Below are positions 31,124 through 44,291 of a stretch of DNA of 64,000 bases, piece by piece. Positions within the stretch are counted from its first letter, which is position 1, and each line of letters starts with the position of its first letter. The notes below the pieces were generated by a model. That model saw only the letters and a program-made list of their open reading frames with translations, had not been told where the DNA came from and did no database searches. The DNA is from Podarcis pityusensis. Taxonomy: Eukaryota. The stretch lies in NCBI GenBank assembly GCA_964106645.2, contig OZ067038.1; one strand, given 5' to 3'. The translations under genes were made by a program, and so were the position numbers.

Positions 31124-31303
31124 CAATTTTTAAATCATCAGCCAAGCTCTCTTTTGTAAGATTAAGAAGTTCTTTCCCATCAATGTTGTTCCTTTTGAAA
31201 ATATCAACTACGTCTTGTAAGCCATGTGTGCATAGCCAAGATGAAACCTCTTCTTCTGACCAGCTCTCTGCAAATATCTTTGGCTCCTCTATTGCTGACC
31301 TTT
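31124..31303 (-). CDS. WDSUB1: WDSUB1 coding exon, SAM domain ([19 protein letters not shown]...DDLKI)
   Basis: ctccag|AA acceptor, TTG|gtaaga donor. Confidence 0.92.
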
Positions 31304-31469
31304 CTGGAGCAAATCAAAGGAAGATTTTATACAAGAACATATTTCAGGTGAAACAGCCCAGCCTTTGAACGTTGCTCTAAACCTGACTCTCAGTGTACAT
31401 TTACATGTTTACATGTTTTAGAAAGTGTTACATAGTGTCCTTGACTTGTTAGAAGACAAATGCTGCTTT

Positions 31470-31930
31470 ATTTTAAAAGGGCACAGGATATCAATCAGAT
31501 CAACCAAAGGCCTGGTTAAAAAGGAACGTTTCTGCCTGGCACCTAAAGGTGTATAATGAAGGCACCAGGCGAACTTCCCTGGGGAGCATTTCCCAGACGG
31601 GGAGCCGCTGTGTTGCCACCCTCCATACCTCTTGAGGAGGCACATGAAGAAGGGCCTCAGAAGATGATCTTAGGGTCTGGGTAGGTTCACATGGAAAGAG
31701 GTGCTCCTTGAGATATTGCAGTCCTCAGCCACCTAAGGCTTTATAGGTCAAAACCAGCACTTTGAATTGGGCCCAGAAACTAATTGATAGCCAGTGGAGT
31801 CGAACCAGGATCGGTGTAATATGCTCAAACTCTCTTGCTCCAGTGAGCAACCTAGCCGCTGAATTCTGCACTAGCTGAAGTTTCCAAACCTTCTTCAGAG
31901 GCAGCCCTACATATAATGCATTACAGTTAT
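31470..31930 (-). mobile_element. L2-clade LINE 3' fragment (ORF2 C-terminus)
   Basis: Translation CNALYVGLPLKKVWKLQLVQNSAARLLTG...HITPILVRLHWL...FKVLVLTYKAL. Confidence 0.82.
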
Positions 31931-32184
31931 ACCTGTATTGCACTGTTAATTTATTTAACATTTATAAGGATTTTCTGCAGTCTACATTTCTTGGACTTCA
32001 GCACCATGGAAAAGACCTGTCTTGAGACTTTGGAAAGCCATTGCCAGCCACAGTAGTCTAGTCAAGATGGACCAATTATCAGACTCAATATAAGTTTATT
32101 CACATACATTTCATATAGATTGTATCTTAACAAATGGTGATGTAAAGTTTATAAAGCACACGACAAAAGCATTCCTTTACTAAC

Positions 32185-32291
32185 CTTTCAGATGTTGCTT
32201 TGGTTCAAACTGCCAGATGTTCACAGATTTATCCATTGACCCCGTAGCAAATAGTGGCATATCTGGTGCAAAAGCACAAGTTGTAACATAT
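32185..32291 (-). CDS. WDSUB1: WDSUB1 coding exon, WD40 ([10 protein letters not shown]...[14 protein letters not shown]...)
   Basis: ttctag|A acceptor, AAG|gttagt donor. Confidence 0.93.
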
Positions 32292-32395
32292 CTAGAAATA
32301 AAAGTAGCTTGTTAGATACATTTCACATTTTACATATCACATTTTAACTATTCCTCTTGGCTAATATAATGAAAACTGTTGTACTAATATCCTAC

Positions 32396-32436
32396 CTGGT
32401 ATGCTGAGTCAAAATGTGTAAGATGTTCCCAGTGTT
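32396..32436 (-). CDS. WDSUB1: WDSUB1 41-nt coding exon (NTGNILHILTQHTR)
   Basis: ggcag|AAC acceptor, CAG|gtagga donor. Confidence 0.92.
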
Positions 32437-34124
32437 CTGCCAACAACAAAATATTGTGTATGTTAAGACAAACAAAAACACAACTATAACCAATAATCTA
32501 AATTTCTACTGGAAAATGTCTACTGGAAGTTTCACAATCCAAAAAGGACAGATGTAAGGAATGTATTTACAGATGTTTACAACTAAGGACAAAGTAGTTT
32601 GAACAATTTTCCTGAAATTACAATAGAATCATTAGCTGCGGCAGAAGAAAATTTCATAAATGCATAGACATCCCTCATTTTCCACTTACAGAATTCTACC
32701 ACTTAATATTACAGATGAACTGATCACTTAACATTTTATCACTGAAGATTATTTATCTAGAATTAAGCCACACAAGAGAAAAAGCAGGAACTGAACATTA
32801 ATAGAATTACACTACAGAATAAAGAGCTTGTGGTTAGCATACTTGGCCACTAGATGTTACCCTTCACAAACATATCTAACATTGTTTTATAACAATTACC
32901 TTCCTCTTAATAAAAATAGTATCTCTAAGCAGTATTTTCAGAAGTCACAAGATTCAGTTCCCAAAAGACACATAGGACATATACCTCCCTAAGTGATGCC
33001 TTCACATATGTTTTAACCATAAAGGTTTACAGCACAATAAATCTGTGAGTCTAAGTTGCTACATATACCAACATTATTTCTGTAACAGACTAATGAACGT
33101 ACCCTCTAAAACAAGTGTGGGGAACATTTTTGACCAGGCAAGCCAAATTTTTATCTTCCTCTAACCCACTGAGATCAACTTTGATAGGCGGTCTCCCAAT
33201 TGTCAATCATCTGATGCTATGATGGCATCCGGTGACTGATAGATGGGTAGTCCCACCTAACTGTCAAAGTTGGCCTATGGGGAAAGTGGTCTGCTTTTCC
33301 CCATAGAGAACATGCTAGTGAAGCAGCACCCAGCAGAATTGAACCCTCCACTCACCAGTTTAATGCACCTGGCTGCAGGGATCTGCTTTGCCACCATATT
33401 CTCTGCAAATGAATGCACTGGTGAAGCAGATCCCAGCATAATTGAATTGCTGGGTGCTAGGGTCATATTCCCCAATTAAGACCAAATCTTAATTGCTATT
33501 CATTGTTTGTTTCTGTCCAATTCTGATTCTAAACCATGAGCCCAGGGTCAGACAACAAAATAACTCAAGACTCTGGCTTGGTATGTCCACAGCAAGGCAG
33601 TAGAAATTTAAAATTATGGTTTAATGTGACATGTGAACTAGTAAAAAAAAAAGAGGTATTTTCTTCTCCAACTCAATCTTTCCAAGTGTTGATTGGATTA
33701 TAAGATACTTGGGAGCCCAGGTGCCTCACTTGAATTTCTTTGGGTCAAGATTATTACAAGAAGTGCCTTTAGCATATTTATTGTTCAGGTTCAAACAAAA
33801 TTATGAAATAAAAACCTGAAATTACATACTGATAATTTTCAGAGGTTGATATGCTGGTGCACAATAGCACCATTTACTATGCTGACTTTAAGATGTAAAC
33901 AAGACAGTGAGCTATTACTGTAATTTAAACATTTTATTATGTTTGCTTAGCTTCTCAAAATGAATAATAAAAATTTGTTAACAGTCCAACCCTATGCCCT
34001 GTTTTGTCTCCAAGAGTAAAGCCTCCATCTAATTGCAAGAAGTCCTGCACCACTGAAAAAGCTCACAATTCCTTTACTACATTGCTATTTTTGCAAAATT
34101 ATGATTAATATCTTACATACTTAC

Positions 34125-34158
34125 AGTTTCAAAAATCATTACTGTTTTGTCCACAGAT
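34125..34158 (-). CDS. WDSUB1: WDSUB1 34-nt coding exon (SVDKTVMIFET)
   Basis: tcctag|A acceptor, ACT|gtaagt donor; needed to keep the frame. Confidence 0.91.
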
Positions 34159-34804
34159 CTAGGAATAAATAAATTAAATTGTGTATAAGTAAGAGAAATG
34201 TAAATGAAATACAGCAACATTTGCCTTGCAACAGAGATAAGCAACAGTTTTATATGCAGCTTTTACGTGTACCAACTCAGTAAGTTGCAATGATAGCACT
34301 CATATCAGAACTCACTGTGGTACTCAAGACAGTGGTTCAGGTTTTTTTTTACCTTACGCTAACATATGGAGTTCTGTCTTCCTTTGAAACTTCAAGAAAA
34401 TGAAAAAAGGCTGGTAGAATAAGAACAGTGTTGGGAGCAAGCTATTCTAAATGCCAATGCTTTAAGGATCCAACTGAGTATCTAATAATCAGCAAAGCAT
34501 AATCACCTCTACTACACAAAGCAACATTTCCCAAATGCTTTTGCCTATTCAACTTCACATTTAGCTTTATATTCTGGATAGCTTTGACCTGATCCTCAGT
34601 TGAAGAGGAGTAGTGAAATAGCTGTCTGTGCTCCAAATTTTGGCAAAAGCAACTCAATATACTACAGAATGTCTCATAATAGGAATTCACTGTGTGCAGA
34701 ACTACTGTATAGAGAATGATGTTTCATCATGAATGGATGTGATTTGTTAAAGAATCTACTACCTACAGCTCGAAAAATTTGCTTAAGACAAATATCACCC
34801 CATG

Positions 34805-35630
34805 CAGCGGCGTAGCGTGGGTAGTCAGCACCCGGGGCAAGGCAAGTAATTTGCGCCCCCTAACCCGGGGCAAGGCAAGTAATTTGCGCCCCCTAACCCC
34901 TAACCATGGTCATTAATACTGACGGCTCTACTCTGGGGCAAATTTCGTAGTGACTACTGCCCTCCGTGGTGGTGTTTTTGCAATTAAAGGACCCCTGCCT
35001 CAAATAAAGCATGGGGATTGGGCACTGGGATTTGCCAAGGGAGCTGGGAATTGCAGTTCAGTGGCGGGTCAGGGGGAGAGGGTCCCTTCCACATCTGGGT
35101 GCCGTGGGCCCCTTTGCGCCAAGACGCGCGTCTTTGGGCGTTGCGGCGCAGCCTTCTCGGTCTCCCTCCCCGGCCCGGCTAGCCCTGACGCGGCTTCTTT
35201 CTGGCGCGGGGAGGGGGCGCCTCTGGGGCCAGTGGGTTGGCCAGCCTCCGGCGCGGGTGGGCGGGCCCCGTCGGGGCGGGTGGGCGGCGTGGCGCTTGGT
35301 GCCGAAGCCTCTGCCCGCAGCACCCCATCGGGAGACCTGGCCGGAAGGAGCCTCGAGCCGGCTGTCGGACGCGGCTGAAGCAGCCAGGGCGGCATGGCAG
35401 GCGGCGGCGGCTCCCCGGCAACTCCATGCGGCCAGCCCTGCGCGCTGGCCGAGCCCCGCAGGCGAACGCTGCCCGTCGGTGAGGAGGGGCTGCCTGGCGC
35501 GCCTTCCGCAGCGAGCGCTGAGAGCCGCTGCCATGGGGCTCTGGGCGATTCCGGAGGCAGCGAGCGCGCCCCCCCAGAAGTTGCGCCCGGTGCGGCCGGC
35601 ACCCCTGGCACCCCCCACGCTACGCCACTG
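34805..35630. mobile_element. Non-autonomous hAT element with CpG-rich cargo
   Basis: 17-bp TIR CAG(C/T)GGCGTAGCGTGGG (16/17 match) and perfect 8-bp TSD ACCCCATG (34797-34804, 35631-35638). Confidence 0.88.
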
Positions 35631-36397
35631 ACCCCATGTAGCTCAAGCAGCAAGGTTGACTGAATTCACGTTTCACTAAATTTCAGTTTAGCATGATGTG
35701 CAAGAGCCACAGCCCTCCCCACTCCCATGACTGAGAGTTTAGCAGCTTTTTGTTTTCCCTTTTGTTTCATTGTGGTTTGCCATGTTGTCCAGAGCAACCA
35801 ACTGTGGTTAACAGTATGGTTAATATTAAACAAGTCAACTTTGAAGATAGCTTGTTGAAATTAACCAAAGTTACTGCTAACCACAACTGTGGATCCACTT
35901 CTAAATTCCTCCTTTCAATTGCAGATGGGCGGGAGAGCACATGAGACTAGCTGCAGCCAACACAACGTATTTTAAGTGTGACGTGCAAATGTGGCCTTTA
36001 GCTCCAGAAAAAATGTGGCATTTGTATGTATATGTATAGCTTACAAACCTATTAAAAAATGTAGGGGAATTGGCCCATTGTGGGTTGTGAGGGCAGTATA
36101 AATGCTACACATTGAGAATGGCATGTTCCATTATTTTAAATCGTGTATGTCCTGAAAATGTGGCACATGTTAATATGAACTGCGCTCAGGGACACCATGC
36201 AGACCCTTACATTTTCATAAAGTGATACTGTAGCCATTATGACATCATATATAGGCCCATCTTCATTAATTTGGAATGGATTTTAAATTATATAGGAAGC
36301 TTCTTTATAATTACAGACACAAATAAACTAAGAAAACAAGTAAACAGAGCACAATGAATATAAAACTGAATCATAAAAATGAAGCAAATATTCTTAC

Positions 36398-36491
36398 CCA
36401 GAGACTAAAATCTGTCCATCACAGGAAAATGCACAAGCCAGAACTGGGGCAGTGTGTCCTTTTAACGTATATTTACATTTCAGTTCAAGGC
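36398..36491 (-). CDS. WDSUB1: WDSUB1 coding exon, WD40 ([32 protein letters not shown])
   Basis: gtatag|GC acceptor, TGG|gtaaga donor. Confidence 0.92.
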
Positions 36492-38271
36492 CTATACATT
36501 TAAAAATGAACATAATTTTAAAATTCAAATTTGGAAAGGTTGTCATTTGATACTACCATTCACACAGCCTTTAAATATGAAACTACTTAAAATTATGACA
36601 GCTTGGCTATGTTCTGTGTCTTGACCCACATACCTGGACAAGCAACAAGTCTCCCCTCTAGGAAGGAAACGGTACATTTTAAGAAGGCAACCTTTTATTC
36701 CAACTTTAATACCAGATTTCATTCACCCAAAAGGATCTGACACCCCTATGAAGTAGGACAGAAGGAACAAATAGAGGCATGCATATGTGCTGGCTTGGCA
36801 GTCTAACCCCACACCATAGGGAAAGTGCTAGCAGGAACCTAAAATGATGGTTCCTCATTAACAAAAATTCTCTCATTTAATTCTCCAGAATTAATGGCTG
36901 AGGTACATTAGCATGCTCTAGGGCTGGGTTAGTACACACAGAGAGGGGACATGTTCATCACCTAAGGAAATATGACATATCCAGAAGACATGCGAGAGCA
37001 TTATTATGTCTGTAACACTTCACATTGTCACATTTTCCATTAAAAAGGTAGCTAGACAAATTGTAAAGGCCGTTATTTGTGACTAAGGTCTCACAAGTTT
37101 CCACAGTATCACAGAGTATACAAAGATCCACTCAAGTGGGTTTTACTATTACAGTGGTTTTGCTTGGAACAATATTTATTTCACTGTATCCATAGTTTAA
37201 AGACTGAGGAATACACAATATTCAGGTATTTATTTCTAGGGGAAAACACTGTAAAAGTCCACATCAAAGGTCTCAAAACAGTAAAATTTAATAGTCTCCC
37301 ACATTCTAGAAACTACTAACGCTGTTCACTAAATTACTTTGGAATATCTTATTGCTTCATGTTTTAAAGCCACAAGACACCCAGTTTTATGGTATGAAAA
37401 TCATATTGTGCTATCAGAATATTAACGATATGCAAATATTTGCAGAGCATAGTACATTTCAGTATGCTGGAAGAAAAGAAAGCAAGAATGTATGGGATAT
37501 ATGGGGCAGACTGCAAAGCTACATTAGCAACAACCCAAACCTTTGTTTAGCTGAATGTGTTTCAGTATATTGCACAAAGCCATTCAAATCTTTGCTTCAA
37601 GAACTTCCTGGCTTTCCACTGTGTTATGACAAGATTTATGCTCTTCAGCATAGCTTTTATACATAAACCATGGTTATACACATGCTATAAATCTAATGTT
37701 TATGCAACATATAAAAAGCTGTTTTAATATATGAAAACATATTGAAGAAAGCTTTTTAGACTCAAATTATCTTCATACAATATGAAACAACAGAATAGAC
37801 ACTGTGCACTGAACAATGACTATTATGCTACTCAATCAGTCATTGTGCACGGTGCAGCATTAACACAGCTTTAGAAAAGACCTCCTTGTTTTTAACCTGC
37901 TGTCCCTGTTTTACTGTTTTCATTGCTTCTTACTGCTTTCGGTGTATGATATTATTTTGTACCTTTATATCATTGTAAGCTGCCCTGAGGGCTGTGGCTA
38001 CAGTGGAAGGGTGTTGAGTACAGTAGAAGCAAACTCCCTTTACTTAAGGAAATGTATACTTAGCATTGGGGTTTTTTCCAGGTAAACAGCCAGAATTGCA
38101 ACCTGCAATCCATGCTGGATGAATTGGGGAGTGGGCTCCACCAACATAGAGGCCCCTGCTGTACCCACTAAAAGTGTGGCAGTAATCAATCACAGTAATG
38201 CCCCCAAATGGGACATTATGGGGGAAGCAATGGAGCTGCTGAACCCAAAGCCAGCTTGTTTCCTGGAGAGG

Positions 38272-38857
38272 CATAGCTGTCAAGTGTCCCTTATTCCAGC
38301 GCCATGTTCCGCTGCTGTCCCTTATTGATAGATGTCCCTTAAATGTCCCTTAAATGATGTCCCTTAAATTTCAAAGGAAGCAGCTCCTCTCCCTCCCTCC
38401 CTGCCGGCCAGGGAGAAGGGAGGCTCCAACTGTGTTGCTTGGCTGTGTTGCTCACCCAATAAGAAGTCTAAGAACGACTAGGGGGTGGAGCTTGCATGCC
38501 TTGTGTGCGGCTAGTTAATGCAAGCTGAGGAGGTTTTTGAATGCTGGACACCATTTTGTTGCATGTGCTGCTGCAAACTTTGCAGTGCAAAGCCGGGCCG
38601 GGGAGCCATCATAAGTTGAGGCTGCACAGGCCTTGTGGTGCATGTGATTCAGATTCTATTCAGTTGAACCTCTGGTTACAAAGTTGGTTGGACAGTGTTC
38701 TTGAAGCTACCAGCATGAGTTTGACCAGACTGCAGGAGGACAGGAAGACTGGAGTGCCTGGAACAGGTGAGGCTGCAGGTCCCTTATTTTGGCTGCTGGT
38801 CCCTTATTTTCAAGGCTGCTGGTCCCTTATTTTCAAATCTGTAAGTTGACAGCTATG
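38272..38857. mobile_element. Non-autonomous hAT element
   Basis: TIR CATAGCTGTCAA/TTGACAGCTATG, TSD TGGAGAGG/TGGAGAGC, subterminal GTCCCTTA repeats at both ends. Confidence 0.8.
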
Positions 38858-39137
38858 TGGAGAGCGGCATAATATGGCTGCCCCCCTTCACTTGCTGGAA
38901 TGAGAAGCAGGGCTTCAGACACACCTCAGCTGAGTCACACCTCAACTGAGTCACACCTCAATTCCATCCAACTACTCCCAATCAGTGCTTCAATTGCTCC
39001 TAGGGCACTCATTGTTCACTAGAAAGTGACTTTCCATTGTTTGGGAAGTGCCCTTTCTTTCCTTTTTGCTTTGTGCGTATAGTAGCCTCCATCATAACTC
39101 CTTACAGAGCCAAAGTCACCTGTGGCTACGCTACACT

Positions 39138-39194
39138 AAGCAGGGAGTTGGACTAGATGTCCTTCAAGGTCCCTTCCAATGCTCTCATTCTATG
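39138..39194 (+). mobile_element. CR1 LINE 3' end
   Basis: GGAGTTGGACTAGATGTCCTTCAAGGTCCCTTCCAA...ATTCTATG. Confidence 0.65.
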
Positions 39195-39580
39195 TGGATG
39201 GTACTGGTTGCCAGTTGGATACTTGAAACTAGGAATGTTAGCTTCATTTGCATTGACGGCATGCATCTTATTCCACTCAGACAGACAAATTTGTAACTCA
39301 GGCCAGATACTGAGATGCAAGTCTGTGGTGAAGCTAGAACTAACCACAGGATACCATACCATATCAATGTTGCCTAATGGCATGGCCCTTAATAGCAGTA
39401 ATTTCCCAGCATTTTGGCGCTTGAGTGAACATGGAAATCCCATAACACAGCATGTTAAACTGATATTTTTTCTTAACTGAATATTTCTTACTGTTTGAGC
39501 AGAAACCAATTTAAAAACAAAACAGTATGAAAGCTAGCAATTTAGTGTAAGAAGATTAATATTATTATTATTATACATAC

Positions 39581-39673
39581 CTGTATGATCAGCGAGTGAA
39601 ATAAGCCATATCTTAATTGTGCTGTCCTGACCAGAAGATGCCATTAGGAAATAGTTAACATCTTGCTTATTAC
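39581..39673 (-). CDS. WDSUB1: WDSUB1 coding exon (GNKQDVNYFLMASSGQDSTIKIWLISLADHT)
   Basis: aatcag|GT acceptor, CAG|gtatgt donor. Confidence 0.91.
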
Positions 39674-41848
39674 CTGATTAAAAATATTTTTTTTAAAAAA
39701 ATGTATTAGAAACATAGCAAAGCAAGCAAGATTTCATTTTTTAAAAAAATAATGTCTACATGTAAATTGGACATACACAATTAGAACTTCTTTAAAATGT
39801 TTCCTAGGTATTAATAAAAAATATGTTCTAAAACTTCGATATATATGTACCATTACTATGATCCTAAAGTCTGTAGTCAAATAAAAGCATGCTCTTAGAA
39901 AATTGTATATGAAGATGCAAAGGGTGGTAATCTGTATGGAGAATATGGAGAGTTCCTTTGTTGTGCCCAATTCAAGTCATACCAACTGCTTGCCCATAAT
40001 CATACGGGCCCAGCATATCTTCAGAAACTTCACCTATATAACTTCCCAGCCCCCACATATACACTATTAACATTGCACAGAAATGGACATACCGGTACTA
40101 CATGGTAAGGAACAAGTAGATGTCATTCACCCCAATCCTAACCATTGTCACTTAGAAATAACTTCTGGTTTTAATGAGGCTTGGTTCTATATATGCAGGA
40201 TTCCTACAGTTTCTGAGAATTTGAAGTTACAGAGACCAGTGCAACTGAGCACTGCCATCAACTGGGAGCATTGCCTGGAAGGAAAGCAGAGCTAACAGCA
40301 AAGGGTTATTGCAATAGCCCTATAGCTACTGTAGAAAAATAGGTCTGGAGCACACAATGAGTGGCATTCAACTAAGGTTGATTCGGAGTAGACCTGTTGA
40401 AATTAACAGAGTTCCTTAGTCACGTTCATTAATTACAATGATCCTCCTCTGAATAAAACTTAGTTGGGTACCACTCAGTGTGGTAGGATGGGAATCACCT
40501 CTGTAGGTTTAAATGTCCCAGGAATTTGTAGAGTTGCAACTAGAGAGAGATTACCGTTTATTCCTCAGAAAGTCTGTAATAAATATTCCTCAGAAATATT
40601 CTGTAATGCAAACAGACTTCATTCCAGTAATCCCCCATGGGAAATAACTCTTAGCTTCAAAACAAATTAAAAAGCAGCTAAAACTGGGATCTTTAGGCTA
40701 TATTATGCACACTTTTCATTATCAGTACTCAAATTGCTGTGACTAGCCCTTTTCTGCAGATTTTCTTGTCACTTCTGGAATCAATTTGCAACCCACCCTT
40801 TCTTCACTTCCGATTTTTTCAGAGGATATTTGACCATAAACAAAACAGGGTTTCACAAGTGAACCACAACACATTTGACATGAAAAGAAGAGTTATTTAT
40901 AGAACACATTAAATTCTAAAAAGCCAATTAGTAAACAACTGCAGGAAAAGGAGAAGATTTGCTGTAGCTGGCAAGATGGAAAAATGAAGAATAGCTTTTA
41001 GTAGTTTTCCCAAAAGGTGAGAAAAACACATCTCTGGTGAGTGCATCACTGTCAAAATCAAAGGCAAAAATATATATAATGACTGTATACACGTCAAGCA
41101 AAAAGCAAGAAATCCCTATCAACAGAAAATGGAGATCCAAGAGAAAATTGTCTCGAATAAATCTGTCTATTATTATACAGGGATTCTTAGCTACAATAAA
41201 AATAATAAATCAGATATTTACAACACAAGTCTTCAAACAAATATAATGAAACATGATAAAGATCATTTAACTGACTTACAGAACAGTCAAATGGATATGG
41301 TACCAAATGGAAGGAAATAAACCACAGTTCTAGAGCTGCACCATGGTTTTATGCCAATCATGTGCATGTCAGTGGGCTCTGGATCACGCAGATCCAAGGC
41401 TGCCCCTCCTCCACTACCACCAGAAACCTGATGGTAGTATATCTAGGCCCACAGAGCTTTCTGTGGATAAACAAAAGCATAAATGCCTTTCTGTTGAATG
41501 GCCTCCCTCTTCAGTAGCAGAGCAGGATTTGCACTGCCATTACAATTGCAGACTTACTATAGCTTCCCAAATAGTATTTTAAAGCAATTAAAATATTCAT
41601 CTTCTAGGAAAGATAGTTGGGTAGAATATGTACTTAACATAATTTAAATACTATGGGGAAACTGTCTAAATTGAAAATAATATAAAAGAATTATCTTCGT
41701 ATTACTTTGAATCAAAAGTTTAAATATAAGTTCAGTTTTGTGGGTTGTATTCTAAGTAGCATTTTGCGCAACTTCCATTCACACAATAGAACTTTCCCCC
41801 CTTCTCCTCTCCCTAGATATGCATATCCTCCAACATTTCCCTGATGAA

Positions 41849-42011
41849 NNNNNNNNNNNNNNNNNNNNNNNNNNNNNNNNNNNNNNNNNNNNNNNNNNNN
41901 NNNNNNNNNNNNNNNNNNNNNNNNNNNNNNNNNNNNNNNNNNNNNNNNNNNNNNNNNNNNNNNNNNNNNNNNNNNNNNNNNNNNNNNNNNNNNNNNNNNN
42001 NNNNNNNNNNN
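41849..42011. other. Assembly gap (N run)
   Basis: 163 N. Confidence 1.
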
Positions 42012-42836
42012 GGCTTTCCCCAGCTGCTCTGGGCAGTTTCCAACATATATAAAAACATAATAATACATTAAACATTAAAAAAACTTCTCTATACAGGGCT
42101 GTCTTCAGATGTCTTCTAAAGATTGCATAGTTACTTATCTGCTTGGCTTTGGGGGTTGCATAACTCTATACCCACAAGCATTTCTCTGATGAAAATAGGG
42201 ACGTCCTAAGGAAAAGCGGCATATGTAAATCCGGGACTGTCCCTGGAAAATAGGAACACTTGGGGGTCTGGATATGTTCTGGGGTTTCCAACTCTCTGGA
42301 GCAGATTTGAGGGTGGTACACAGTGTGCATGCAGGGAAGAGGGGGAAGTCCCATTACACAAGCAGATGTCATTCCGCTTGTGCATTTATTTACTTGAATA
42401 ACACCTTGTATGTTTTTAGCACATTGATAACCACTGCATTTGTGAAATTAATAACTGGTAAATATGCCAACAATTCTATTTGCATTATTTTAGATTGTAA
42501 GAACAACTATAAAACTTTACACAATGACAAAAGCAATCCTTTGTAAAATAACAGAATATTAAAGCTGAAATCCGATGCAAACTACCTGGAGGTATATCCC
42601 ACAGATGCAATGAGACCGAGGGCCAAACGAGATCGAATAATACTTTTATTCAATCCTGGGTGAGGGGAGCACTTTGCATCAGGACTACAACACATGATGA
42701 GCGGAGGCTTATTCCTTTCCTCACCATTTACGCATCACACACAAAAGTAGTTGCTCAGAGCTGGGTCAGGCAGCAGCCTGATCCAATGCATTGAGAACAG
42801 GCAGATTCATTTCATTGCCATATAAAAGTACTGTCT

Positions 42837-42975
42837 CCAGTCTTCCCAACAAGGAGGAGAAGGGGGTGTAATCTAGACAGGGTCCACTTTACACCAATCT
42901 ACCAATTTACCAGTCTTCCCAACAAGGAGGAGAAGGGGGTGTAATCTAGACAGGGTCCACTTTACACCAATTTAC
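42837..42975. repeat. Local tandem duplication, period 73 bp
   Basis: CCAGTCTTCCCAACAAGG...TTTACACCAAT present twice (42837, 42910). Confidence 0.9.
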
Positions 42976-43581
42976 CACCAATTTCAATATGATCTAAAAC
43001 AGGATATATACAACCTTCACTTATAGTAAGTTCAATTTCTATGTTAGATCCCATGATAAACTGCCAACATTTTTAAACAGTAATAGTATGAATATTGAAG
43101 TAGAAACTAATGAAGCGTTCTCAAGGTTCAAATCAGATGGGAGATTAAGGAATTCACCTTAAAATATCTTAAACATCCTAGAGTTTATGATTTTCTATTG
43201 CTTTGTTCTACGTAACACCCACTACAGAAAACAGAACCTTTAAGATTTCCAGGATGTTGCAACCACAGGCTGCCCCTCTTTTCCTTACACCCACACTCTT
43301 CTATGCCAATGCCTCATCTCAGTGTTTGTTTTTGTAAGGCTTCTAAAAGGGTACACACAACTTTGTGTTGTCCCTTTTCAGCTAAACTTTACACCGAGTA
43401 TTAAGGAGTATTCAGGGAGAATCCAGATTGCACCATACTTTTTTGTGTACAGACTGGGCACAGTACCTGTTATGTTTATTTAAAAAAAGTCCCAAGAAGG
43501 TTGGTATCCACTATAATCCCTGAAACCCTGGCTCACAATGAACACCTGAAGAAGAGTTTCTCCATCACCCACCCTCTCTAG

Positions 43582-43714
43582 CAGGCATAGGTAAACTCGG
43601 CCCTCCAGTTTTGGCACTACAACTCCCATCATCCCTAGCTAATAAGACCAGTGGTCAGGGATGATGGGAATTGTAGTCTCAAAACGTCTGGAGGGCCAAG
43701 TTTGCCTATGCCTG
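43582..43714. mobile_element. Palindromic hAT MITE, family B
   Basis: TIR CAGGCATAGG(T/C)AAACT, perfect TSD CTCTCTAG. Confidence 0.87.
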
Positions 43715-44291
43715 CTCTCTAGTATAGGTAAATCTCTGAATTCTTCTCTCTCTTTTCCTAGGTTCTTTGATTTCTTAACCTAATCCTCTATGCTACCCCT
43801 CACATTGCCCAAACCCCAGAATGACACTTACTATAGTCTTAAATAAGAGTATATTCAGGATGACTTAATACAGGTAAGTTATGGCTAAAATAAAAGTTTG
43901 TAAATATAAAACACACTGGTGAAAATTCCAACTAAAAACAAAACAGACCAAGCAAGATTCAAGTCAACTTATTCCTGCATTAACTTCAAGTTCTATCACA
44001 GCACTACAGCTTGCAGCATTTTTTTTATATGGCAGGTGGTATTCTTTCACACAAGAGTGTTTCAAAAAAATAAAGAATAAAGGAAAAGTCCTAGCAATCA
44101 TGAATTTCAATATGTTATTAATACCACAGAGGAAGGTTCACAAAAGGTTCCAGTGTCAGGAGATGCAGCTTCTGTACTCGTGTCACTTAACCTCAATATA
44201 CTAGTATACAATGTTGGAGCCTTACAAAACACACACACACTTCTCTACTCAGAAGTAAGTTCAGTGGGCCTTACTCCCAAGCATGCTTATA

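Noticed and set aside
34950-35663. Several overlapping 80-200 aa ORFs on both strands
   Set aside because: Stop-poor GC-rich DNA inside a TSD-flanked element; no recognisable domain or transposase.
41712-42075. ORFs spanning N runs (also 57767-58102)
   Set aside because: Artefacts of assembly gaps. The left flank of the first gap resembles the MITE start at about 42160, so it is probably an unresolved repeat.
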